In this document: one piece after another, positions 44,201-64,000 of the stretch
How the letters are laid out: the number at the start of each line of letters is the position of its first letter
How positions within the stretch are numbered: position 1 is the first letter of the stretch
From: the human T2T-CHM13v2.0 reference genome, Homo sapiens
Reading direction: 5' to 3' (one strand)
Assembly (NCBI RefSeq): GCF_009914755.1
Contig: NC_060947.1
DNA: 64,000 nt
Position numbers and translations under genes: made by a program
The notes under the pieces: generated by a model
Seen by the model: the letters and a program-made list of their open reading frames with translations, nothing else
Told to the model about the DNA's origin: nothing
Databases searched by the model: none

Positions 44201-47200
44201 TATTCTAAAATTGACCCCATAATTGGAAGTAAAACACTGCTCAGCAAATGCAAAAGAAGGGAAATTATAACAGTCTCTCAGACCACAGTGCAAATTAGAG
44301 CCCAGCATTAATAAACTCACCCAAAACCGCACAGTTACATGGAAACTGAACAACCTGTTCCTGAATGACTACTGGGTAAATAACGAAATTAAGGAAGAAA
44401 TAAATAAGTTCTTTGAAACAAATGAGAACAAAGACACAATGTAACAGAATCCCTGAGACACAGCTACAGCAGTGTTTAGAGGAAAATTTATAGCAGTAAA
44501 TGCCCACAGGAGAAAGTGGGAAAGATCTAAAAGTGACACTCTAACATCACAATTAAAAGAACTAGAGAAGCAAAAGCAAACAAATTCAAAAGCTAGCAGA
44601 AGACAAGAAATAACTAAGATCAGAGCAGAACTGAAAAAGATAGACATAAAATCCCTTCAAAAAATCAATGAACCCAAGAGCTGCTTTTTTGAAAAGATTA
44701 ACAAAAGAGACTGCTAGCTAGGCTAATGAAGATGAAAAGAGAGAAGAATGAAATAGACACAATAAAAATAATAAAGTGGATATTACCACAGATCCCAGAT
44801 AAATATAAACTACCACCAAATAATACTATAAACACCTCTACCCAAATAAACTAGGAAATATAGAAGAAATGGATAAATTGCTGAACACATACACCCACCC
44901 CCCAAGACTGAATCAGGAAGAAGTCGAATCTGAATAGACCAATAACAAGTTCTGAAATTGAGGCAGTAATTAATAGCTTACCAACTAAAAAAAAAAAAAA
45001 AAAAAAAAAAAAACCCAGGACCAGATGGATTCACAGCCAACTTCTACCAGAGGTACAAAGAGGAGCTGGAACCATTACTTCTAAAACTACTCCAAACAAT
45101 AGAAAATGAGGGGCTCCTCCCTAACTCATTTTATAAGACCAGCATCATCCTGATACCAAAACCTGCCAGAGACACAATAAAAAAAAAAAAAGAAATTTCA
45201 GGGGAATATCCCTAAGAAACATCAATGTACAAATCCTGTATAAAATACTGGTAAATCGAATCCAGCAGCACATGAAAATCTTAACCACCATGATCAAGTC
45301 GGCTTCAACCCTTGGATGCTAGCCTGGTTCAACCTACACAAATCAATAAATGTAATCCATAACACAGAACCAATGACAAAAACCACATGATAATCTCAAT
45401 AGATGCAGAAAAGGCCTTCCATAAAATTCAACACCCCTTCATGCTAAATACCCTCAATAAACTAGGTATTGATGGAACATATCTCAAAATAATAAGAGCT
45501 GTTTATGACAAACCCACGGCCAATATTACACTGAATGGGCAAAACCTGGAAGCATTCTCTTTGAAAATCGGCCCAAGACAAGGATGCCCTCTCTCACCAC
45601 TCTTATTCAACATAGTCTTGGAAGTTCTGGCCAGGGCAATCAGCCAAGAGAAGGAAAGAAAGGGTATTCAAATAGGAACAGAGGAAGTCAAATTTTCTCT
45701 GTCTGCAGATGACATGATTGTACATTTAGAAAACCCCATCTCAGCCCAAAATCTCCTTAAGCTGATAAGCAACTTCAGCAAAGTATCAGGATACAAAATC
45801 AATGTGAAAAAATCACAAGCATTCTTATACACCAATAATAGGTAAACAGAGAGCCAAGTCATGAGTGAACTCCCATTCATAATTGCTACAAAGAGAATAA
45901 AATACCTAGGAATACAACTTACAGCGGATGTGAGTGACCTCTTCAAGGAGAACTACAAACCACTGCTCAAGGAATTAAGAGAGGACAGAAACAAATAGAA
46001 AAATATTCCATGCTCATGGATAGTAAAAATTAATATCATGAAAATGGCCTTCCTGCCCAAAGTAATTTATAGATTCACTGCTATTCCCATCAATCTACCA
46101 CTGACTTTCTTAAAAGAATTAGATAAAACTACTTTAAATTTCATATGGAACCAAAAAAGAGCCCGTAGAGCCAAGAAAATCCTAAGCAAAAAAACAAAGC
46201 TGGAGGCATCATGCTACCTGACTTCAAAGTATACTGCAAGGCTACAGTAACCCAAACAGTATAGTACTAGTACCAAAAGTGATATATAGACTAATAGAAC
46301 AGAACAGAGGCCTCAGAAATAGTGCCACACATGTACAACCATCTGATCTTTGACAAACCTGACAAAAACAAGCAATGGGGAAAGATTCCTTATTTAATAA
46401 ACGGTGTAGGGAAAACTGGCTAGCCTTATGTGAAAAAATGAAACTGGGCCTATTCTTTACAATTTATAAAAAAGTAACTCAAGACGAATTAAAGACTTAA
46501 ATGTAAGGCCTAAAACCATAAAAGCTCTAGAAGAAATCTTAGGCAATACCATTCAGGACATAGGAATGGGCAAAGACTTCATGACTAAAACATCAAAAGT
46601 AATGGCAACAAAAGCCAAAATTGACAAATGGGATCGATTTAAACTAAAGAGCTTCTGCACAGCAAGAGAAACTATCATCAGAATGAACAGGCAACCTACA
46701 GAATGGGAGAAAATTTTTGCAATTTATCCACCTGACAAAGGGCTAAGATCCAGAATCTAAGACAAAATTAAACAAATTTACAAGAAAAAAACAACCCCAT
46801 CAAAAAGTGAGAGAAGGATATGACCAGACATATCTCAAAAGAAGACATTTATGCTGCCAACAAACATATGAAAAAAAGCTCATCATCACTGGTCATTAGA
46901 GAAATGTAAATCAAAATCACAATGAGATACCATCTCATGCCAGTTAGAATGGCGATTATTAAAAAGTCAGGAAACAACAGATGCTGGAGAGGATGTGGAG
47001 AAATAGGAACACTTTTACACTGTTGGTGGGAGTGTAAGTTAGTTCAACCATTGTGGAAGACAGTGTGGTGATTCCTCAAGGAACTGCAACTAGAAATACC
47101 ATTTGACCCAGCAATTCCACCACTGAGTATATACCCAGGGAATTATAAATAATTCTACTATAAAGACATATGCATGCGTATGTTTATGGCTGCACTGTTC

Positions 47201-47628
47201 ACAATAGGAAAGACTTCTAACCAACCCAAATGCCCATCTGTGATAGACAGGATAAGAAAAATGTGGCACATATACACCATAGAATACTATGCAGCCATAA
47301 AATGTATGAGTTCATGTCCTTTGCAGGAACATGGATGAACCTGGAAACCATCATTCTCAGCAAACTAACACAGAATCAGAAAACTAAGCACCACATGTTC
47401 TCACTCATAAGTGGGAGTTGAACAATGGGAACGCATGGATACAGGGAGGGGAACATCACACAGTGGGGCCTGTCAGGGGGTTGGGGGCTAGGGGAAGGAT
47501 AGCATTAGGAGAAATACCTAATGTAGACGACAGGTTGATGGGTGCAACAAACCACCATATCACGCATATACCTATGTAACAAACCTGCACATTCTGCACA
47601 TGCATCCCAGAACTTAAGTATAAAAAAA
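41215..47628 (+). mobile_element. Full-length (about 6.4 kb) decayed L1PA7/8-like element
   Basis: 5' end ggggtggcttgcaagatgg, ORF1 from about 42544, ORF2 from 43622 (both broken), 3' UTR and A-tail. 20-bp TSD aaaaggcattacattttcta (41181-41200) / aaaaagcattagattttcta (47625-47644). Confidence 0.93.
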
Positions 47629-48980
47629 AGCATTAGATTTTCTAACTTTTTGACAAAATATTTTATTTAATCTCTTATTATTTATTAAACCAATTAATTT
47701 AAAACTATATAGCAGGGATAAACAGTGATTTCTACTTTATATTTAACCAGCTTGCATGCAAGAAATAGGTAAGAGACAGAATGGTAAGAAATTTTTATTC
47801 TTTTCCTTGTGTGCTGAGTTTCAGGTTTCTTTCTTTCTGAGTAGCCCAAGCAATCCTTCATGACTGTATGGAAGCAAACACATTGCATAAATTAAGAATT
47901 TAATTAGAATGAATTAAATTGTTAATGAATTCAAAATTTTTACAAATAGTTTAAACATTTTGGAGTAATTTTGCAGAGAGAGAAATATGATTCAAATTTT
48001 AAGTATGCTCAGTACACTTAAAGTATCAGGAAGCCTAAAATTCAAGAAGTTAGTTTAAGAATAGAAAGCCTGTATGCTCCACTATTTCCTGTGGGCCTAA
48101 CAAAGGTAACTTAAGAATTCCAGATAAATGGAATGAATGATGACTTGGTAGAAATGCAAAGGAAACAAAATAATTATTCAAAGAACCAAATAAAAGCCTT
48201 TCACTAGAGAGTAAAAAGCATCATGGTTTTATATATATGGATACCCAAGCAAAGCCAGAAGAGAATAAACAGCAAACAAGTGAAAACTAGAAGCAAAAAC
48301 AAAGAGAAACCAACCCTAAATTTTCATACTCAATTTACCCTGGAGGCTACAGAGTTACACAGGGCCCCCCCAAAACACACACAATGTATATTCTATTTCT
48401 GTTACACAATTTCATACCTTAAGTTTACCAATATTATTATACATCCTGTGGAATTAACAAATTCACTTTAGGCACATAACCAACAAGTACTCTACACTAT
48501 CCATGCAAAACAGTAAACACAGTGTGAAGTAACGCAAGTATGTATGTGAAATTTGGCTTTACTCTAAATCCAGCTTCATGCTTAACTATATTTAAAAAAT
48601 TGCCAAGCTGCTGATGCATCTGTACAATACTTTTTATTTTACTTTAATCAAGACTAAGAGCTTTAACTATGAAAATGTTAATTAGCCAAATGTCTCCAAT
48701 TCTTTATTAGGTTTTAAATAATATTATATTTTTAAACTTTTACACATCTTTCTCCCCTACTTAACGGTTTCTTACCACATTGTATCATAAATAACCTTTT
48801 AAAATCTGTAATTTGAACTAACCTTTAGATAACTTCTGATTTAGACAAAATTATCCCTTTTTCCACTAATAAAGTAATTCTTTCTGACACATTATTAAAT
48901 ACAGAATTACTTGTTAACTAGAATTTTATCCTTAGTACTCTAAAACTTTAGTGAAACCCTAACTTTGGGATTTCCTCTTC

Positions 48981-48998
48981 CTCCTGGCTGGCTCGCCA
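48981..48998 (-). other. Primer-binding site complementary to the tRNA-Arg(ACG) 3' end
   Basis: Minus strand reads TGGCGAGCCAGCCAGGAG, 5 nt from the 5' LTR. The plus strand CTCCTGGCTGGCTCGCCA equals the 3' 18 nt of human tRNA-Arg-ACG as I recall it. Confidence 0.85.
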
Positions 48999-49003
48999 AA
49001 ATA

Positions 49004-49355
49004 TGTTATGGTGGAGGGTGTCCAGGTTCTTGGCATCTCGAACAAAGAATTGGACAAAACACACAAAGCAAGGAAGGAACGTAGGGATTTATTGAAAAAT
49101 TGAAGTACACTCCACAATGTGGGAGCAAGCCCAAGCATAAGGACTCAAGGGCAACATTACAGAATTTTTGGGAGTTTAAATACCACCTAGATGATTGCAT
49201 TGGTTACTTTGCGTATGTCCTATGTAAATGGAGAGGATGAAGTAAAGTTACAAAGTCATTTACTGCATACGGCCTATGGAAAGGATATATACTGTATAGC
49301 TGAAGTGTGAATCAGCTTTATGTTCCCTGCCTCCACACCCTATTTTCTTGCCTCA
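49004..49355 (-). repeat. 5' LTR (MER61-like)
   Basis: Direct repeat of 33023-33380 (roughly 85% identical by eye); adjacent to the PBS. Confidence 0.88.
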
Positions 49356-49950
49356 TTTCTATTCCAAAGAATGCTCTGTGTGCACCTGAGAAGAATGTTT
49401 GTTTTTTAATGAGTGTTTTACATATGTGTAGTTTAATCATAGTGTTATTTAATTATTCTATTTCTTTGTTGATCTGTCTGCTGTTCTTGTCCTTGTGGGA
49501 AAGTGGTATACTGAAGTCTTCAATTATTGTTAAATTGTCTATTATTTCTTTCAATTTACCATAATTTACTTTATATATTTTTTGAACTCCGTTGCTAGGT
49601 CCAGGTAAGTTTTTATGTCTTCTTCAGTAATTAACTTTTGTCATTATAAAATGCCTTCCTTTGGCTCTATGTGATTTTTGTTTACTAATGTGTATTTTGT
49701 CTGTAATAGTATAGTCACTTCAGCTGTTTTTTAGTTTATGTTTGCTTGGTAAGTTTCCCCCTCCTTTTACTTGCAACCTATTTTTACTTTTTTTTCTTTT
49801 TTTTTGGCTAAATCTGTCTCTTTTTGACAGCATACAATTGAATCACATTTTTAAAGTTCATTCTACTGAAATTTACCTTTTGATTGAAGCCTTTATTTCA
49901 CTCACATCTAACATGATTACTGAGAAGGTACTATTTACATATACCAATTT
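49356..49950 (-). mobile_element. Ancient L1M ORF2 fragment (host of the provirus, right part)
   Basis: Contains gaatgctctgtgtgcacctgagaagaatgt and gtggtatactgaagtct; continues the element ending at 33022. Confidence 0.7.
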
Positions 49951-49959
49951 TTAGTTAAT

Positions 49960-50096
49960 TAATAAATGAACTTTATTTTTTAATAATTTTAGATTTTCAG
50001 AGATGTTGTCAAGATGGTACAGAGTACCTACATATGCTACATTCAGCTTCCCCTTATATATTAGTATGGTACACTTGTGTACAGTTGATAAATCAA
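49960..50096 (-). mobile_element. L1MC-like 3' tip
   Basis: ttttagattttcagagatgttgtcaagatggtacagagt...tagtatggtacacttg resembles an antisense L1MC 3' end. Confidence 0.55.
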
Positions 50097-53000
50097 AGTT
50101 TTATTTTAAAAGTTCTGGGGAACATGTGTTTTTTGGCTCCATGGATAAGTTCTTTGTGTTGATTTCTGAGATTTTGGTGCACCAGTCACCTGAGCTGTGT
50201 ACACTGTACCCAATGTGTAGTCTTTTATTTCTTACCTCCATCCCATTCTTACCCCGAGTCCCCGAAGTCCACATTATATCAGTCTTATGCATTTGCATCC
50301 TCATAGCTTAGCTCCTACTCATAAGTGAGAACATACAATATTTGGTTTTCCATTCCTGAGTTACTTCAGTTAGAATAAGGGTCTCCAGTTCCATCCAGGT
50401 TGCTGTGAATGCCTATATATATCACATTTTCTTTATTCACTCATTAGTTGGTGGGCAGTTAGGCTGGTTTCATATTTTTGAAGTTGCAAATTGTACTGCT
50501 ATAAACATGTATGTGTAAGTGTCTTTTTTATATAATGACATTTTCCTTTAGGTAGATACCCAGTAGTAGAATTGCTGGATCAAATAATAGTTCTACTTTT
50601 AGTTCTTTAAGAAATCTTCTTACTGCTTTTTATAGTTGTTGTACTAGTTTACACTCCCACCAGCAGTGTAAAAGTGTTCCTTTTTAACCACATCCATATC
50701 AACATCTATTTTTTTTTTAATGGCCATTCTTGCAGGAGTGAGGTGGTATCACATTGTGGTTTTAATTTGCAGTTCCCTGATCATTGGTGGTGTAGAGCAT
50801 TTTTTCATATGTTTGCTGACCATTTCTATATCTTTTATTGAGAATTGTCTATTCATGTCCTTTGCTCACTTTTTGATGAAATTTTTTTTCTTGCTGATTT
50901 GTTTGAGTTCCTTGTAGATTTTGGATATTAGTTTTTTTGTTGGATACTGAGTTTGCAAAGATTTCCTCCCACTCTGTGGATTGTCTGTTTACTGATTATT
51001 TTCTGTGCAGAAAATTTTAGTTTAATTATGCCTCATCTATTTAATTTTGTTTTTGTTGCATTTACTTTTGGATTCTTGGTCATAAAGTTTTTGCCTAAGT
51101 CAATGTCTAGAAGGATATTTCCTATCTTATCTTCTAGAATTCTTATGGTTTCAGGTGTTAGATTTAAGTATTTGATCCATCTTGCATTGACTGTTGTATA
51201 AGGTGATAGATGAGGATCCAGTTTCATTCTTGTACATATGGCTTGCCTATTATCCTAGCATCATTTGTTGAAAGGGTGTCCTTTTCCCACTTTATGATTT
51301 TTGCTTGCTTTGTCAGAGATCAGTTGGCTGTATTTGCCTTCATTTTTGAGTTCTCTATTTAGTTCCATTGGTCTACATGCCTATTTTTATACCAGTACTG
51401 TGCTGTTTTGGTGACTATAGCCTTATAGTATTGTTTGAAGTCAGGTAATGTGATGCCTCCAAATTTGTTTCTTTGGCTTCGTCTTACTTTGGCTTTTCAG
51501 GCTCTTTATGGTTCCATATGAATTTTAGGATTGTTTCTTCTACTTCCGTGAAGAACGATGTTGGTAATTAGGTGAGAGTTGTATTGAATTTGTAGATTGT
51601 TTTTGACAGTATGGTCATTTTCACAATATTGACTCTACTCATCCATGAGCATGGAATGTGTTTTCATTAGTGTGTGTCATTTATAATTTCTTTCAACCAT
51701 GTTTTGTAGTTTTCTTTGTAGAGGTCTTTCACCTCCTTGATTAGGTATATTTCTAAGTACTTTTTTTTTTTTTTTTGCAACTGTTGTAAAGCGGTTGAGT
51801 TCTTGTTTTGATTCACAGCTTGGTCGTTGGTGGCGTATAGCAGACTTGTGTACATTGATTTTTTATCCTGAAATTTTTATTTATCAGTTCTAGGAGCTTT
51901 TTAAATGTCTCTTTAGGGTTTTCTAGTTATATGATCATATCATCAGTGAGCAGCGATATTTTGACTTCTGTATTTATTTGGATGTCCTTCATTTCTTTCT
52001 CTTGTTTGATTATTCTGGCTAGGACTTCCAGTACTACGTTGAATAGAAGTGGTGAGAGTGGGCATACTTGCATTGTTCCAGTTCTCAGGGGGAATGCTTC
52101 CAACATTTCTCTGTTCGATATAATATTGGCTATGGGTTTGTCATAGATGGCTTTTATTACATTGAGATATGTCCCTTTTATGCCGATTTTTCTGAGAGTT
52201 TTAATCATAAATGGATGCTGGATTTTGTCAAATGCTTTTTCAGTATCTATAGACATAATAATGTTATTTTTGTTTTTAATTTTGTTTATGTGGTGTATCA
52301 CATTTATTGACATGAGTATGCTAAACCATCCCTGCATCCCTGGTATTAGACCCACTTGATCATGATGTATTATCTTTTTGATATGCTGTTGGATTTGGTG
52401 AGCTGGTATTTTGTTGAGGACTTCTGCATTGATGTTTCTCATGGATAGTGGTCTGTCATTTTATTTTTTATGGCCTTTCCTGGTTTTGATATTAGGGTGA
52501 CACTGACTTCGTAGAATAATATAGATAGGATTCCTTCTTTCTCTATCTTTTGGAATAGTTTCTATAAGACTGGTACCAATTCTTCTTTGAATGTCTGATA
52601 GAACTCAGCTGTAAATCCATCTGGTCTTGGATTTTGTTGTTTACAATTTTTTTTATTACTGTTTCAGTCCTGCTACTTGTTATTGGTCTGTTCAGAGATT
52701 TTATTTCTGCCTGACTTAATCAAGGAGGGTTGCATATTTCCAGGAATTTATTCATCTTTTTTAGGTTTTCTAGTTTGTGTGCATAAATGTGTTCCTAGTA
52801 GCTTTGGGTGATTTTTTCTATTTCTGTGGTATCATTTGTAATATCTTCCATTTTATTTCTAATGGAGCTTATTTGGATCTCCTCTCTTCTTTTCTTGGTT
52901 AATCTCACTAATGGCGTATCAATTTTGTTTATCTTTTGAAGGAACCCCCTCTTTCTTTCGTTTATCTATGGTAATATCTTTTTTGTTTCAATTTCATGTA

Positions 53001-53378
53001 GTCCTGATCTTTGTTATTTATTTTCTTCTGCTGGGTTTCAGTTTGGTTTTTCTTGTTTCTCTAGTTCCTTGAGGTGTGAGCTTAGATTGTCTATTTGTAC
53101 TCTTTGAGACTATTTGATATAGGCATTTAATCCAATGAACTTTTCTCTTAACATTGCTTTTGCTGTATTCTGGAGATTTTGATAAGTTGTGTAACTGTTC
53201 TTGTGCATTTCAGAGAATTCTTAAATTTCCATTTTGATTTTATTGTTGATCAAAATATCATTAAAAGGCAGATTGTTTGATTTCTGTATATTTGTATAGC
53301 TTTGAGGGTTCCTTTTGAAGTTAATTTCCAGTTTCATTCTACTGTGGTCTGAGGATACTTGATATAATTCTGATTTTC
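50097..53378 (-). mobile_element. L1PB1-like element, 3' end to about the EN/linker region of ORF2
   Basis: 3' UTR gatttctgagattttggtgcacc...gtgtacactgtaccc; ORF2 remnant 51927-52442. Confidence 0.85.
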
Positions 53379-58392
<5,014 letters not shown>

Positions 58393-58431
58393 CAGGTTGT
58401 TTCAATTGCCATTGTTTTAAAACCCATATCA

Positions 58432-58734
58432 GGCTGAGCACGGTAACTCATACCTGTAATCCCACTGCTTTGGGAGACCAAGGTGGGAGGATTGCTGGAA
58501 TGTCAGGAGTTTGAGACAAGCCGGAGCAACATAGTGATACCTAATCTCTATAAAAGTATTAAAAATTAGCTGGGTATGGTGACATAACATGCACCTGTAA
58601 TTTCAGCTACTCAGGAGGCTGAAGTGGGAGGATTGCCTGAGCCCTGGAGTTCAAGGTTACTCTGATCTGTGGTAATGTAACTGCACTCCAGCCTGGGCAG
58701 CAGAGAGAAACTGTGTCTCTTTAAAAAAAAAAAA
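58432..58734 (+). mobile_element. AluJ element
   Basis: Diverged dimer with the J-type ggaggattgc in both arms; TSD aaaacccat. Confidence 0.9.
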
Positions 58735-58835
58735 CCCATTGTCTTTCTGTGTAACCCATTTAAATAAATAAAAGCTCATGTCTTTCTGTGTGAACTTTTT
58801 CCAGGAAGATAGGGTAGGCCAAAAAGTTAAGCATT

Positions 58836-59121
58836 GTTTTCTTTGAGATACTGTCTTACTCTGTCACCTAGACTAGAGTACAGTAGCACCATCATGGCCC
58901 ACTGCAATCTCTGCCTCCCATACTCAAGCAATCCTCCAACCTCAACCACTGGAATAGCTTGCACTACAGGTACACACCACCATGCCTGGCTGGTTTATTT
59001 TTGTAGAGGCAAGGTTTTGCCCTGCTGCCCAGGATGGTCTTGAACCCCTTAGTTCAAGATATCCTCTGTTCTCAGCCTCCCAAAGTGCTAGGATTACAGG
59101 CATGAGCCACCATGCCTGGCC
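58836..59121 (-). mobile_element. AluJ element (antisense)
   Basis: Reads ttttctttgagata...caaagtgctaggattacaggcatgagccaccatgcctggcc; TSD agcattgtt / agcaatgtt. Confidence 0.9.
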
Positions 59122-60226
59122 AGCAATGTTATTTTGTAATGCCTACATTTGCACTTGCTTTACAGTGAAGTGGAAGCCTTGTTTTTACTGTGTAACTTGT
59201 GTTATTCCCAAAGAATATAAAAGCTGTTTTGTTAACCACCCAATAACATCAGCAGAGGTTGGTGTTTTGTATTGGTAATCCAATAAAAAGCCTGTAGAAG
59301 TATACATAATTGCTAAGACATATTCAATGGTTCCTGCCACTTGCAGAGAGAGAACCAATGAAATTGTTTTCCAAGTTTTGATTGACCCTTCTATTTAAAT
59401 TTATCTTTCCATAAGGTAGGCCTAGTGTCCAGATTATTCGAGTGTAGTACAGTTCTTGGTAGCTTTATGTGAATGTCTCTTTGCTGTAGCCACTCCTCTT
59501 AATCCATTTTTAAACCCCATCATATCCAAATGCCCTGATGTCTCTTGTGCCCACTGGTAGAAGCATTGAAGGGTTCATATCAAAGTTCTAGGAACCCCCT
59601 ATCCTTCAAGATATTTACCTGCTTTGGTGGTTTTGTTAGTTTATTGGCTTTTTGCACTTTATACCACCTCCTCTGTGTCTTGTCTGTTGTGAGTCAAGGT
59701 ATGGTACACAAATATGGGAAGAGTGGGAGCCAATGGTGAAATTTATTCCCATCTCTCTACCCCCAATGTCTTGGCCCTGTTTTTAAAGCCCTGATTTTGC
59801 CAAAGTCCTGACCAAATAATTAGCCCATTAGCTGCAAAGCGGGAGTTGATCAAAACATAAACCTTAGGAGAATGTTTCTCAAGGGCATACTCTGTGTCTA
59901 GTAGTATCGTGAACAGCTTAGCCTATTAAGCACTTTGTTCTATCCCCTGCATTGAATTTGGAATGTTTTAATAAGGGTCACAGGTTGCATCTGTTCATTT
60001 TCTGGCTCCCTTATATCCTGTGCTTCCTCCATTGCTTTTCTTTTTTGACAGTGCTGACCATCCTATCTCCAGTATCCATTGAACAATATTTTAAAAATCC
60101 CATTTCTGGGATTTTTGACAACATAACATCAATGACAATGCACGTGGCTATTTCCTTATGAAATTGTGACATTCCAGCAAGGCCAAGTTTAACTTGATCA
60201 CATAGATGTCATATCCATCTTAATAA

Positions 60227-64000
<3,774 letters not shown>

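Larger units (their letters stand above)
58395..60220 (-). pseudogene. Ancient ERV-L-class (class III) pol fossil: RNase H and integrase, split by two Alus
   Basis: Manual minus-strand translation gives SA**AKL, KVYVLINSRFAANGLIIWSGLW and IFVYHTLTH (RNase H), plus QWAQETSGH, NFIGSL and QGFHFTVKQVQM*A (integrase). These are collinear with ERV-L pol motifs. Confidence 0.72.

Noticed and set aside
48981-48998. tRNA-Arg gene
   Set aside because: Only the 3' 18 nt including CCA are present, next to an LTR. This is a primer-binding site.

Overview
This is AT-rich primate genomic DNA. AluY and an L1PA2/3-grade LINE-1 point to a catarrhine, probably ape or human. Almost the whole window is nested transposable elements. 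I find no host protein-coding gene, RNA gene or CRISPR array, and nearly every ORF in the track is a LINE-1 ORF1/ORF2 fragment, a Tigger1 transposase remnant or antisense noise. Contents: about 20 LINE-1 pieces from ancient L1M to young L1PA2/3, a near full-length Tigger1 split by an L1, and six Alus. There is also a two-LTR MER61-type provirus (33023-49355, minus strand) with a perfect tRNA-Arg primer-binding site, inflated by two large L1s. An ancient ERV-L-class pol fossil (RNase H + integrase, about 58.4-60.2 kb) is missed by the ORF track. The most notable details are: (1) an L1 ORF2 open end to end except for one +2 homopolymer slip; (2) an L1 with a 1121-nt microhomology deletion giving an in-frame ORF1-ORF2 fusion; (3) a twin-primed inverted L1 that holds a second L1 carrying a 3' transduction; (4) a probable gene-conversion tract between two neighbouring L1s; (5) templated-insertion repair scars. 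I see no convincing new biological system. The findings are unusual instances of known retrotransposon and DNA-repair mechanisms. Subfamily names come from remembered consensus motifs and need RepeatMasker/Dfam confirmation, and boundaries of old elements are approximate.
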